Below, piece by piece: positions 12,011 to 24,715 of a stretch of 64,000 bases of DNA (position 1 is the first letter of the stretch; each line of letters begins with the position of its first letter). The stretch is from Podarcis gaigeae (Eukaryota): NCBI GenBank assembly GCA_964106915.2, contig OZ066914.1, one strand, 5' to 3'. Made by a program: the position numbers and the translations under genes. The notes beneath the pieces are model-generated. The model was not told where the DNA came from, did not search any database, and worked only from the letters and a program-made list of their open reading frames with translations.

Positions 12011-13747
12011 TCAGTCCTTAGCGTGGAGGCTCATTCACTGGGGCAATTGTAATTCTGAAGGACCATTGAGTGGGAAGTACCCTACAGCCAGCCCTCTCCT
12101 CCGAGACATGATTAACCACCACAACACAAACACAGACGGATCAGATGACACAGTCTGGACCTCAGTGGTCCAGAAGCAGAACTGGGCACCTGCAGAAAAC
12201 TGCTACGAAGAAAATTTCCAGATGATTCAGCCCACGGAGGTACACCACACATGGTGGAGAAGGGCAAGCCATTGCCATGTTTTCAGTATAATGTTGCATG
12301 TTTCAGGATATCAGCTCTGCATTCCTACAATGCTCTCCCCTTTGTAGGCTCCAGCTCCCTGATTACAGATGTAATGCATTGCCCAACCGTTGACAGTCTT
12401 GTGTTACAACAGACAAAACAGGAAGTTCTGTCAAATGCCCAGTTTTCACTTCTAGATCTCAATGGGGCTGATCCAACACTACTGTCAGTGGAACTCCATG
12501 TGTGCAGCGCTGGATACAACCCAGTGTGAATTTCTCACCTAATCTTCACCTATATGACATTTATTTATTTCAACCATTTGCATGCCTCTTGACTGCAGTC
12601 ATTTCTAAGCAGTGTGCAGGAGACCCAATACAATAGGAATAAACATGAGTTTAAACTATACAATCAGAATTCAATAAAAAAACCCTGCTGGAATAAGAAA
12701 AAAAGTATTCACAAAGCACCAAATAGAAAATAATATTTCTAGTCTATTTTGGTCTTATGGTGGTAGAACCAAGACTCTTGTTCAGTTTAGTATCAGGGTT
12801 GTGCCCAGAACTGACCACTTCCAAATGGCAGGTCTCTTTCTGCTCTCTGGACACTTATCCTATTCCTGTTTGCACAGAAAAACATATTTACTCAGCCCTC
12901 GTCCTGTGTGCCTCTTTGCTGGCACGTGTGCTGGTCTCTGTTTGCCCACCACAGAATCTGAACCTTTGTAGTCCTCTCATTTCCCTTTTTCACATTCAGA
13001 CATTAGAACTTTTCAGTCTTGGTCAGGGGTGGGGAATGTCTGGTTTGAGCAGGTAAAAGGGAAGCTAGGCTGGAACAAAAGAGGCTCCTTAAGATGACTG
13101 TTCAATGTTTCTAAAGTCCTAACCAGCTGATTGGTGGGGCTTCAGAAGAACTGCACACTTGTCTTTTGAAGCACCAACAATCAGCTGTTTGCTGGGACCT
13201 CAAAGCATAGGGCATGGCTCTTTGCAAGCTCCTTTCAGAGGCCTGCATGAAGCTTTGAACACCCAACAACCAGCTGATTACAGGGAGTTAAAAGCACCAT
13301 GTCACCTGACATAATTGTAACATCAGCTGATTGGCAGGTATGTCCCCTACCCACCCATCAAATTTGGTCTGTGGGATGGGTAGGGGTATAAATCCCCCTC
13401 CATCTGATTAAGGTCTAGCAATGGTTGCTGAAGGATGAGAAGAATCACAGAGCTACCCCACAGCGGAAAGCGTCAAGCTAAGGGTTGGGTTGGAACAGAG
13501 GCAGCCTTCTCCAATCTGGTGCCCTCCAATATTGTCAGACTCCTACTCCCATCAGCCTAACAACAAGTATAGCCAACGGTCAGGGATGATGGGAACTGTA
13601 GTCCAGCAAGATCTGAATGGTCTCAGGTTAGGAAAAGGTGAGACAGGGTTTCTGACCAGGTCTCCTCTATTGGAGAGAGAAACAACAGGGTGCCCTGTGG
13701 CAGCTTGAAGGCCAACAATTTAGCAGAAGAGTCCACTGTGTCATTTT

Positions 13748-13803
13748 TTAAGATACCACAAGACTCTGTTGCTTTGGCTGCTGCAATAGACTAATACAAC
13801 TGC
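13748..13803 (+). mobile_element. Older Penelope-like terminal fragment
   Basis: ttaagataccacaagactctgttgctttggctgctgcaatagactaatacaact resembles the right-hand tail of the 24531 element. Confidence 0.45.
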
Positions 13804-14432
13804 TGCTTAGGAAGCTGCCATAGCAGGCATAAGGCTGTATCCAAAGCAAACCACTGAAATTGATAGACATGAAGAACATATGACAATTCTTTTCAATGCA
13901 TTACTTGATGTATTGTTTAGTTGGATACAACCCAGAGGGCACACCCTGCTTCTGAAATGGTTAAACTGCATACACATGCCTCTCCTCAAAAAGTTACTTG
14001 AGGAGTACATTTTAATATTTTGGTAAGTGCTATGTTCCTGCTAACTCTATTAAGAGTAAAGAAGAGCCTACCTGTTAAGATAAAGAACTCCAACAAAGAG
14101 GCGTCCATTGGGGAACCTCCCCTCCCCCCCATCCCATCAATCTTTCAGCAAGAAGCATGGAAAAAGACACACTATCATGGGATGTAACTCCCGTGTGTTT
14201 GGTTATTCAGATGGGCATACTCAAATACAAAAGCTAAATGATAACTGGTCTGGAGAGAGAGAGTTCTGGCACAGCGCTGCCCCACCTCCACCATCTTTGC
14301 TCAATTATCACCCGAGATCCTTCCTGCTCCAAAGCTGGGAGTCTCTGAAACATGGAGTGACATGCCTGCCACATCCTCTCCATCTCAGCCATGCCATGCC
14401 AGTCTCTTTCAATGGGGCTGCTGCTGGGATTC

Positions 14433-14598
14433 AGGGCTGTAGCTCAGTTGTAGAGCCTCCCTTAGCATGCAGAAGGTCCTGGGTTCAACTGCTGGCATCT
14501 CCAGATAGGGCTGGGAGAGACCCTGGAGAGCCACTGCCAGTGAATGTAAACAATAAGAGATAGATGGACCAATGGTCTCAGTATAATAAAGCTTCCCA
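14433..14598 (+). mobile_element. tRNA-Ala-like SINE in F2 intron 1
   Basis: gggctgtagctcagttgtagagc...tgcagaaggtcctgggttcaa head followed by a squamate SINE-like body (gagagccactgccagt...gatggaccaatggtct). Confidence 0.7.
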
Positions 14599-14824
14599 TT
14601 TTCCCTGGATGCTTGATCTGCCACACTGAACTTCCAATGTAGGAGGCCAACAGAATGAGTATTGCTATCTGCTCTACTAGTCAATTGCAGCACAAGCCTA
14701 CACATTTTCTTAGAAACCGCAGACTTCAACATTAATCTCCTTAGCACATGTTCTTAGGATTGCTGCCTGTTCACTGCTGAGCAGGCTGATTTCTTCAAAC
14801 TCGCCCCTCCCTTCCTCTCCTTAC

Positions 14825-14903
14825 CCTGGTTGTAGCTCAGTGAGAGGTCCAGAAGAATGGCAAGGAGAAGGGTCCTCAGCATTCTGGTTCTGCTCTGTCC
14901 CAT
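14825..14903 (-). CDS. F2: F2 exon 1 (signal peptide MGQSRTRMLRTLLLAILLDLSLSYNQ)
   Basis: ATG at 14903; 79 nt ending G|gtaag; hydrophobic core; phase 1 joins exon 2 to give VFLDQ. Confidence 0.88.
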
Positions 14904-14971
14904 TGCGTGTGTGCCTGACTGCAGGAAGATTGCAGAGGAAATGGATGAAGAACGATTGCAGCCCAGCCTGG

Positions 14972-14984
14972 GTTAATGTTGAAC
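14972..14984. promoter_or_regulatory. Candidate HNF1 site in the F2 proximal promoter
   Basis: GTTAATGTTGAAC vs HNF1 consensus GTTAATNATTAAC (2 mismatches), ~70 bp upstream of the F2 ATG; F2 is liver-expressed. Confidence 0.55.
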
Positions 14985-15859
14985 CAGGATGAAGAAACAG
15001 GAACCAGGTCACAGTATGTCAGGGACAGTAAGTTTGAGGATCTCACTATCTCACCCATCCTGGTTTTTCTCTCCCTCCCTTGCATTTTTGCTTTCAGGTG
15101 CCTTGGTGGCACAAGCAACCAATGGAACAAGAACAATTCCATCTATACATTTAGATTGTTTGTGGTCTCAGAACACCAAATAAACATGGACTGATATTAG
15201 GAAACAATATGCACGTCTTATTATTACGTCATTGTTTCAAAAAGCAGAGGACATTTGGCTATCCTGGCTTAAAATAAGGGAACTGCCATTTGTTTAGAAA
15301 ACCCTCCTGTTGCAGATATTTAATCCAGATGCCAAAAGGTCTATTCCCTGTCTTTACTTGTGTGATCCTGTTCTAGAATACACTGAGAGACTGAATTTCT
15401 TCTCCCTTCCACAATTTATAATTCTTTGATTCTTGGATGTCTCTCAGCAAAAATCCAATGAGATCCCCATGACTTCTTTCTGAATGCCCAAAGAGAGATG
15501 CTTGATTATATGTGTGTTGGAGAGGAGTCAAAGAAGTCAGAACAGATGAAAGACACCAAGGAGTCAAGTCATTAAATATTTGCATCCTGTTTCAGTTCAT
15601 TTGTATTTTTAAAAATTTCCCCGTTTAATTGTGGTTTGGACATAAATGAACTTAAAACAAATATTTGGTATACTGAACAGCCACTTTTAATGGGTAAACG
15701 TAATTTTCAAACAGATGCATGTCATAAACTCTTCAAGATTGTAGTGCAAGTCCTGTAAGGTGAATACAGATGAGTAACTATTGTATTCACTGAACACGAT
15801 ATTCAATATTCATTGAATACAATATACAAAATTGAATACAAAAACTTCATTGGGTTCAA

Positions 15860-16500
15860 ATGGGTATGGAAAGGCAGCTAAACTCAAAGGCTCAGAGCAC
15901 CTTTCAAATGAAGATAGGCTTGAGAACATGGGATGTTACTTTAAGAAGGAACACAGAAGTTTGTAAAATCATGATTGCTTGAAGCGAGCAGCTAGAGCGA
16001 AATGTCTTCTGCTTTCATAACACTTATGTACACTCAGTGTAGCTGATGGACTAGGTGCAGGACTTTAAAAGGAAGCACTTATTCACACATAATGTAAGAC
16101 AATAAGATGTGAGGATAGTCACTAGCAGCTTGGCAACTTCTTAAAAGGATTAGGCAAATTAATAAAGGCAAGGTTCATCAAAGTCTATTTTAGTTCAATG
16201 CAGTGCTACTTTTCGAGAAAAAAAGGTGCCAGAACCCACCATGAAAGCCTCCCTCATTCTCTTAGTATGGCAAAGGCACCCACCTGACAGGTGCCAGAAC
16301 TAAGTTTGAGTGAGTTCCCCCTGAAAATAGCCCTGGCTAAATGGAACCTCCATTTTCAGGGGCAGCACAGCTCTGACTATCAGATGAACAAAACACCACA
16401 GAGTGACTATTACCTTGCTTATGAGCTTCTAGAGACATCTGACTGGCTACTAGAAACAGAATGCTGGACTTGATAAATCCAGAAAAGCAATTCTTATCTT
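15860..16500 (+). mobile_element. Old CR1-like 3' fragment interrupted by a MITE
   Basis: Degenerate CR1-like 3' sequence (aaaaggaagcacttattcacaca...aaaaggattaggcaaatt) continues after the MITE at 16201-16335. Confidence 0.5.
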
Positions 16501-19239
16501 CAAATTTATTGAGATGAGTCCCACTGATAAAATAATTAAATTAGGAGTCAGTACAGTTAGATCTTGAAGTTCTTAGTAGCAGCCTAAGGCCATAATCTGA
16601 GCCATATACTCTTGATCAAAAGAAATTAGCAACATCAAATTCATCAATTGGAATTTAGGTCTTTGGAGATTCCAAATTAGTCCACCGTTTAGTAAAACAG
16701 GTCCCTACCCTGTCCTCATCTGAGACAAACTAAGTGTAGGAGGAGCTTAGAGAACTATCAATCTCAGTCCCCTTTCTCTCCCTCTTCTCTGTCTCTCTTC
16801 TGTAATGGTATTCTAGTCAGTATTTGTTATCTCCATTGTACGCAAGTAAATATTAGCATTAGGGTAGCTGGGAAGTGACTCTTTGGCCACTTGTACAAAG
16901 AGCAATTGCACATTCCCCACCTCCAACAGATTGCAGAGTTTGAAGAACACAGAGTCTCTTTCTAACACACAATAAAGCAGACAGATTTGAGAAATGTCCA
17001 CTTCTGGGTCTAGCTTACTGGGATATTTAGGCAGAGCCTAAGTTCAACCACAGGAGAACATCCAGACAAAGAGTTCTGGCCCATGTATGAAGGGAAACTT
17101 TTGAAGAACATTCACAAACTGTCAAGACTACAATACTGCTTTCTTCTCAAACCTGAACCTTTGTGAAGGCTGAGATCAGACTAGTAGCCCTCCTTAGTTC
17201 AGCATTTCTAACTTCCTGAACAAGTCCCCTTTTCACCTTATAACATCTGCTATAATCTCTTTCCCATTCTGACATACAGATCTAGTAAATATTAATAACT
17301 GCCAATCCATCAGGTTGCAGCAGAAGATGGGAAGCAGGGCCACTCAATTATCTCAGATGGGAGGCTATCTCCATTTGGCTCCACCTCTCCTTGACTTGTT
17401 TACGTTCAGGCTGGTCTTTGCAATAACTTCGTAACTTAAAAACTGGTACCCAAGTCTGCTTAATTCTCGCCACCTTCTAAACATGACACAAAAGATAGTA
17501 AACTATCTTGTGTGTTCGAGCTCTTACATAAGTGGCTCAAAGAGATTTTTTTGTCTGAGGCATTATCACAGGACCCCCAACCCCTTGTTTTCAAACCATG
17601 TGCACCATACAAACAAGTGCATATGCTTAAAAGAATGGCATAAGACACCTCCCTCCAATCTGTGATTGGTTGGGATCAGTGCAACCGACAAACGTGCTTG
17701 ACACCACATCAGCAATGACAGAAGATTGAGACTCATGCGTGGATTTCTTGGGTTTTGGCATCAGCAAGTCACTTTGCAGCTGTGTCAATATTGATACATG
17801 GAAAAGCTGCACCACTCTCATGGAAAAGACAAAAAACATACATGCCAGCCATTCTAGATCACTGCTCCAAATCCTACTGCCTCAAAAGACTGCTTCCTTT
17901 GTGACTGCTTGTAAATGTACCACTGGGTGAGCCCAACAGCAGGAAGTCAGTACTGTAATCTGAAGCATCTGTTTACTTTATCAAAACAGTTTGGAAATGT
18001 GGGGGTAGCAGAGCCATAGGAAAAGCAACAAGTGTAGTTATGTGGCCTATTGCTACCAGCACCAAATGACAGCTGGCCCATCCTAAGTATCCAAGAAAGA
18101 AGCATGTGGTAAATGAACACCACTTTGCAGAGGCCCTGACCATATAATAAATGATATTGTTGACAATGGGAGCCACCTAGAGAATGAATAAACCCAAGTG
18201 CAAACCTCAATGTATTTTCTCGAAATAGCAAAGCACTAAGGAAGAACTGTTGAAATGTCATATTGGACCACAGACACTCGCAATCCAATTTCTACCCAGC
18301 TGTGAAGTTTTGATTTGGCTTTGGTCAATTCAGACTCTCTTGGCTCAGTTTCTTATGTGTTGAAATACCCGACTGGCCTATCACCACAGGATGCTGGGAA
18401 GAAGAAAATTACTCTCAAGTAGTGAATACAACCGCATAAAGTGATACAAAAATGGAAAATAAAAAAATTCCCATCCAACATTAATTCAAATTAGCTTGGA
18501 CCAAAACTACTAACTATACATTGCAACACTATGGTGCAACATGACCTCCTGACAGGAAGTCTGTGATACTCACTGTCAAGGAAAAGCTAAACAAAACAAA
18601 AGTAGAAAATTTGGCAAAGTACTATGTTAAATCGAGACAATGTAATTAAGCATCAATTTCATTTGTCATTGTTTTTATATACTGTAATGAAATGCATTAC
18701 AGGCATAGCAAAGCTCTTCCTTATTGATTTACTTCCATGTGAATGAATGATTTACTTCCATTTGAATCTTGCTCCTGCAGTATGAAGTGGTCTAATCCAG
18801 CAACACATAGCAACTGCTGAGATTATATTTACCAGCTCCAATGAACTGGTTTGATTTTAAAAGCAAACCTTTGGTTACAGTTGCAGCCACTCTGGGATCT
18901 ACAATTCTCACTCAGATTGCAATGTGTTGATTTGGGCAAAACCCAAACACTGTCTTGGTAGGTATCAAACAAAAGTCTCTGGGCAGTCAGGACCCCACAT
19001 CATGGTAATAATATACATAACCAACAACCACAATTTGGCTAGATTGCATGGTGACTATCACAGCATCACCAGCACAAGCCCATGGAGAGGTATAACTGGC
19101 AAAAGAAACACCTTTATGTTCTGTCTGAGTCACACGATTGACTGCATGTGCTACCACCGCAATGTTTTTGAGAGCTGCTTATATTACCAAGAAATGTGGG
19201 AGTTGGATCTTAGCCAATGTTGTCATTAACATTGACATA

Positions 19240-19781
19240 GCTCCCGGTGGAGTACAGGGTCAGATTTAAGGTGCTGCTTTTGACCTTTAAAGCCCTTCAC
19301 GGCCTAGGATCCTCGTACCTATGGGACCGCCTCTCCTGGTATGCCCCACGGAGAGCCTCAAGGTCCATAAATAATAACACCCTAGTTGTCCCAGGCCCTA
19401 AAGAAGTTAGATTGGCTTCAACCAGAGCCAGGGCCTTTTCAACTCTGGCTCCGGCTTGGTGGAACGCTCTGCCTCATGAGACCAGGGCCCTGCAGGATCT
19501 GATTTCTTTCCGCAGGGCCTGTAAGACAGAGTTGTTCCGCCTGGCCTTTGGCTTGGAGCCAATTTGATTCCCTCCCTCTCTCTCTCTTTCTCCCCCCCCT
19601 CTTTCTTTCTTTTCCTTCTCCTCCTGCGATGAGGCTACATTTTAATATTTTAATGTTCCATTATTTTAATGTTGTATTTTATTCTTGTTTTTAAGCTGTA
19701 ATCATTCATCTTGTTTTTATTATTGCTTGTAAGCCGCTCTGAGCCCGGCCTTGGCTGGGGAGGGCGGGGTATAAATAAAAA

Positions 19782-19810
<29 letters not shown>
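19240..19810 (+). mobile_element. L2 LINE 3' end with (ATT)n tail
   Basis: ORF RVRFKVLLLTFKALHGLG..YL...RAFS..AP..WNALP...F...KT.LF..AF is the L2 ORF2 C-terminus; 3' motif gtaagccgc...gggcggggtataaataaa and ATT microsatellite. Confidence 0.9.
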
Positions 19811-19812
<2 letters not shown>

Positions 19813-20457
19813 GTAATTAAAGCAGGCATCTGATGGTTTCATCCCCTACTCAGATGCAGCAAGTATCAAGTTAAAGCACATCTAAGCACAGCTTGGGCAA
19901 ATGAGTCAGGGGCATTAGCTTCCTGTTATTTATACCTTTGAAGCTAAAGAACTTTGAACCCTCACTGGCGTTGACATAATCCTTGCACACCTCAGAAAAT
20001 TGTTGGAAGTTCCTGCTCTTTTACTTTAAAAAATGATATACTTTCTACTGCATTAATTTTTGGACCATATGTGTATAATGTGGGAATCTGCAGAATCTTC
20101 TCCACTCAGTCAGTTTTGCCACGTTTTCACTAAACGTATGTAACACGCAAGCAGAACTGGTACAGTTCCTGACAGTGGATCAATTTGAAACAAATTCTGA
20201 TAGTATAGAAAAGATGCATAGTGAAGGCTTTCTTCCAGGCATAGCCTCATCTATCAGGCTTTTGCCCAGGCTTGCGGGCTTTGGAAATGATGGTGGGAAT
20301 CCAGCCATAGCCTTGGCCAAACTGAAGTCACCTACTCCCTTCTAGACATCCCAGTAGATATTTCATAACCCACATGCTGTTTTCTTGCAAACACATAGAA
20401 AGAGCACATTTAGACTTCCAAAGATGTTTTAATGCCATCTGCAAAAAAAATTGACGG

Positions 20458-22157
20458 TCATGTCTCCACCTCCACCACCTCCGCCACTGTGCTAAAACCG
20501 ACACCCTCTTGAATAATGAACATGTCACTGGTGGAGCCCTGCTCCTGCACAATGATGCATTCTTTCTCCGTGTCTGAGACAGCAATCTCAATGACGTTCT
20601 TGTGCTTGGCAGAGCTCTGCTGTGCAGTAACATAGTGCCCATCACTGGTGATAAGGAGCTCTGTGTGGTTTCCAGGCCCTGCCCTGTCCACAGAGTGCAC
20701 TACCAGCACAGCTGGCTGCTCTGAAGCTGGCAGCTCCTGGGGGGCTTTCGTGCCCCTTTGGGATGGATCCCCATCTAGGTTTCCTTTGTGCTCAAGCTGG
20801 TGACGTAGCAGGCTCTGGGGGAGGGCGTAGCCCATGCCACAAATTTGGCACTGGTGCGGCTTGTCAGCGTGGTGGGCTTTCTGGTGGCGTCGCAATTTTG
20901 TGGCCAGAGGATAGGATTTGGGGCACAGATGGCAGCGGAAAGGGCGCTCGCCTGTGTGCAAACGTTCGTGAGCCCGTAACGTGTGGGGATCACGCAGTGC
21001 TTTCCCACACACTGTGCACAGGTGAGCCTCACCTGTGTGGGAGATCAGGTGACGGCGCAGCTCAGGGCGCTGCGGGAAGGCATCTCCGCAGAAGTGGCAG
21101 CGGTAGGGACGCTCCCCTGTATGCAACCGAAGGTGCCCACGGAGATTGCCTTGCTGGCGGAAAGACTTGGGGCAGTAGGGGCAGGTATACGGGCGTTCCC
21201 CTGTGTGCAGCCGCATATGGTTGCGCAACGACCCAGGGTTGGCCAGCTGCCGCTCACATATCACACACTGGCAGGCGGCAGTGGCAGCAGATGGCCTTGG
21301 CTCCTTAGCCTGGTGGGTTTTGCGATGGATCCGAAGAGAGGGCCGGCGGGCAAAGGATTTTCCACAGTCAGGGCATACAAAAGGGCGCTGGCCCGTGTGC
21401 AGCACCTGGTGTTCTTGAAGGTCCCGTTTGGTGCCGTAACTCTTGTGGCACTGTGGGCAGGGGAATGGCCGCACCCCTCGGTGGCCCAGTGTGTGCGCTT
21501 TAAAGCTTTCTTCCGAGCTATAGCTCTTGCCACACTCTGTGCACAGGAACGGTTTGTGATCAGTGTGCACAAAGTGGTGCTTCTTCAGGTGGCAAAGCTG
21601 CAGGAAGGCTTTGCCACACTCTTCGCACCGGTGTCGTCGCTCGTGGTCTGCCTCCTTGAGCTGTGCAGCACCACCCATGTTGCTTGGAGACACTACCTCC
21701 TGCTTGGGATTTTCACTCTGCTCCTCCGCCCTGTCCCTGGGTGTAGACATGGCACATCCACTGGGGGCTCCTTTAGCACAAGATTGGCCCCTCAACACCT
21801 CCACCTTCTCAGCCAAGTGAGCACTGGGTTGAATTGCACTGGATGGGGGCGGCTGTGAACACATGTCAGTCGGTTTTACCTTGGATAGTGTCGCATTCAC
21901 TTGCTCTGTTTGAGGATGCAGCACACCATCCTCTTTACTTCCACCCTCCTCAGCCACAGAGCAGCTCACAATGGGCTGTTTCTCTCCATGCTGCTCCTTG
22001 GAGTCCCTGAGCTCATGTTGCAGGAACCCATCTTCATTCCTTTTCTTGTGATCATTTTCCAGGCCAGGAGGTTGCTTGAATGGCAGCTTCTTATCCAGCA
22101 AAGGAAGACAATGGGCTCTGGCTTTCTGCTCCACAACCTTGGGGATATCAAGAGCAC
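20458..22157 (-). CDS. ZNF408: ZNF408 last coding exon, 10 C2H2 zinc fingers
   Basis: 558-aa ORF with 10 CxxC...HxxxH fingers and TGE(R/K)P-type linkers; acceptor ttgcag at 22158; TGA at 20458-20460. Confidence 0.96.
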
Positions 22158-23968
22158 CTGCAATTTGAACCAGTAACCATTAGCTCCCTTAACAAAGAAA
22201 ACAAAGTAATTATTGACACTTCAAGGTGAGACATCTGTTTCTATGCACTGCTCCACTCCCAACCCACTGCCTCAATTGTGCTGAACAGAGATCTTTTGCT
22301 GAGCACAGAGGCTTGAGAAGTCCCACTAGTTATCAAAGCAGTGCTTCTGAGAATTGAAACATAGCTGGTTTTAGCTAGGGGACTCTGCTTGAATTTAAAT
22401 ATCCTAAAAGTTTAGACTTTGGGGAGGAATATTTCAGTATTTTCTGTAAGGCTCACTTTGGAAACACTGCTTCCTTAATCTTTTTGATGCAAATTGGATT
22501 TCTAATGAAGTGCTTTACTACATAACTCAGAATGAGGTTACAGAAATGTGTAGAAACAGCAAATTTCAACACTCTTATCATTTGTAATCTTTGCTGTTTT
22601 CTTTAGAAAGCAAGAATTGCAAACTAAAACAGCTTATCCACACAGTCACAATACCAGGGACCTGTGTTTCTCCCTTATTTACAACAAGCAGAGTTACCTT
22701 GAGCAGTTTAATTCACCTAAGAAAATTCTTAAGGAAACAGACATGGATATAGAATGTCATAGGGAAATGAAGTTCTGTGTACACAATTGTGTGTGAGGAA
22801 ACAGAGATAGTAAGGAGCCTGACTGATTCTAGCTTTATAGACAGGAGTTGCCCACATATCTGAAAGGACCAGGAACATAAGTAAGTAAATAGGCTCCTCA
22901 GAGTGTATGAACATGCAAATAACCGTAACTTAAAAGGACGAGGCATTACACTTACACTGTAAAACAAGAAAACCCTTAATAAAATATATTTAAAAAAATA
23001 AAAAAATAAAAATAAAGTCTGAATTGAAAGAAAAAAGAAAAAAGAAAAAAAAGGAGGAACCATAATCTGTGCACTGCACCTAAAGTCAGGCATCTGGATT
23101 CTGCATCAAGAGCTGAAGCTTAAAGGCTGAATTACAATAATTCTTAGTGCCCCCACAAACTACAACTCTCAAAGATTATTTGTGGGTGCCCATGATTGTT
23201 AAAATGGTATAAAACTAACACAAGCTTCTAGTGCAGACATACCCTCAGATATCTGATCAAATGTACTCTGGCATGATAAACATTCTGATTCACTATGTGC
23301 ACTTCTCAAAGAAATTGCCTCCTCTAGCACTGCAATAAAATAGGAAAGTACTGTTTGCAAGGGTGGGGCTGGCCAGTGCTGTTGAGCAAAATAAAGGTCA
23401 CCGGCTAGAGGAGTGGACATTGGCCTGAGTTCCACTTCTGCCTGGCTGTGGGCTGGTTGAATTGTCCTGGGCAAGAATATTCTTCCACACTTGGTTCCCA
23501 TTCTCTGTACTTGGGATGCTGAAAGCCAGCCTCTCAGGGGATTGTACCCTGAAAGCACTGCAGAAATATTCCTTATTCACAGCAAGAGAGTGTATACATT
23601 CTGAACAAGTTGCCTCCCACAGTATCATTTGAAGGGAAAAAAGGAGCCCCTAACTTTCAAGTTAAAATATTACTATCAGTCTGAGTTTGTTCAAAAACAG
23701 ATGACAATTTAGGTCTGTGAAAATCAAATCATGTACAATAAACTCTTTTTGTGAAAGGAAGGACAAAACACAGGGTGCTTCAACTACAGTTGCTTTGGTG
23801 TGCAGAACTTGGCAGCGGAGTTCTTTGCTTAAGGAACATGCATGTTTCTATTACCAAGTATGTTAAGTCATTTTTTTAAAGAATAAAAGCCCTTGCTGTT
23901 TCTGATGCTGCTTAAATCACCCATGATACCCCCTTCTGACTAAGATTCTAGGAATTCAGGTACAGTAC

Positions 23969-24270
23969 CTGCAAAGGAATCTATTGCATCGCCATCTAGG
24001 GAAGCATCTCTTTTCTGTGTCAAAGTCTCTGCTTCCACAGTGGTGGTCTTAGCTAGCTGCTCCTCTACTGTTTTCCTCTCTGCGACAAATACCCCATCTG
24101 ATATATTTGCTGGTGCATTCTTTTCCAGGCAAGCAGGACTGGCCTCTGCTAACCAGTACAGCAGTTCACTGCCAGCAGCAATGGGACAGCATACTTCGAT
24201 GTGGAGCTCCCCATTGATCCATACTAATGCCACATTTGCCTCATCTTTATCCCGGCTTTGCTTCACCAAG
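23969..24270 (-). CDS. ZNF408: ZNF408 coding exon 4 (C-terminal part of degenerate PR/SET domain)
   Basis: LVKQSRDKDEANVALVWINGELHIEVCCPIAAGSELLYW is PR-domain-like (I..G.ELL.W); ttttacag acceptor, G|gtactg donor; 302 nt. Confidence 0.88.
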
Positions 24271-24530
24271 CTGTAAAACACATTATGCCAAGCATCAGTA
24301 TCCAATCTGGGCTTTGTCCGAAGCACAGGGGCAGGACACGGCTCTAGAGAGGCAGTGCAGGTGGGTGTTATGTGAGACTTAAGGGGGCCTCAGTCAGGTC
24401 TATCAAATAATATGTCTATAGATCCTGATGGTTTTTTTGAGCAGACTCCTAGGAAAAGTCAATTCAGAATACTTTTTCTGAAGTTACCTTTTGTTGAGAC
24501 AGATTTTTGAGTCAATCTAACTCAGTGTAT

Positions 24531-24715
24531 ACAAAAAAATTCCTTCCAGTAGCACCTTAAAGACCAACTAAGTTAGTTCTTGGTATGAGCTTTCGTGTGC
24601 ATGCACACTTCTTCAGATACAGTGTATCTAACTTAGTTGGTCTTTAAGGTGCTACTGGAAGAAATTTTTTTTGTTTTGACTATGGCAGACCAACACGGCT
24701 ACCTATCTGTAACTG
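24531..24715. mobile_element. Penelope-like element remnant with fold-back (inverted) structure
   Basis: ~46-bp inverted arms 24531-24576 / 24628-24674; 13-bp direct repeat taactcagtgtat at 24518-24530 and 24716-24728; tail (cagaccaacacggctacc) resembles squamate Penelope pLTR ends as recalled. Confidence 0.8.
24583..24620 (-). ncRNA. Minimal type-I hammerhead ribozyme motif
   Basis: Minus strand reads GUAU-CUGAAGA-A-GUGUG(CAUG)CACAC-GAAA-GCUC^AUAC: core boxes, helix II hairpin, helix I GUAU/AUAC, palindromic AGCU helix III remnant. Confidence 0.75.

Noticed and set aside
20763-21858. Long plus-strand ORFs (181 aa and 291 aa) opposite the ZNF408 zinc fingers
   Set aside because: Antisense shadow ORFs are expected opposite GC-rich zinc-finger codons; no recognisable domain or splice context.
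24488-24516. 29-nt phase-compatible pseudo-exon (IDSKICLNK) next to the Penelope-like insertion
   Set aside because: Its acceptor overlaps the TSD and repeat-derived sequence, has a poor polypyrimidine tract and shows no ZNF408 similarity.
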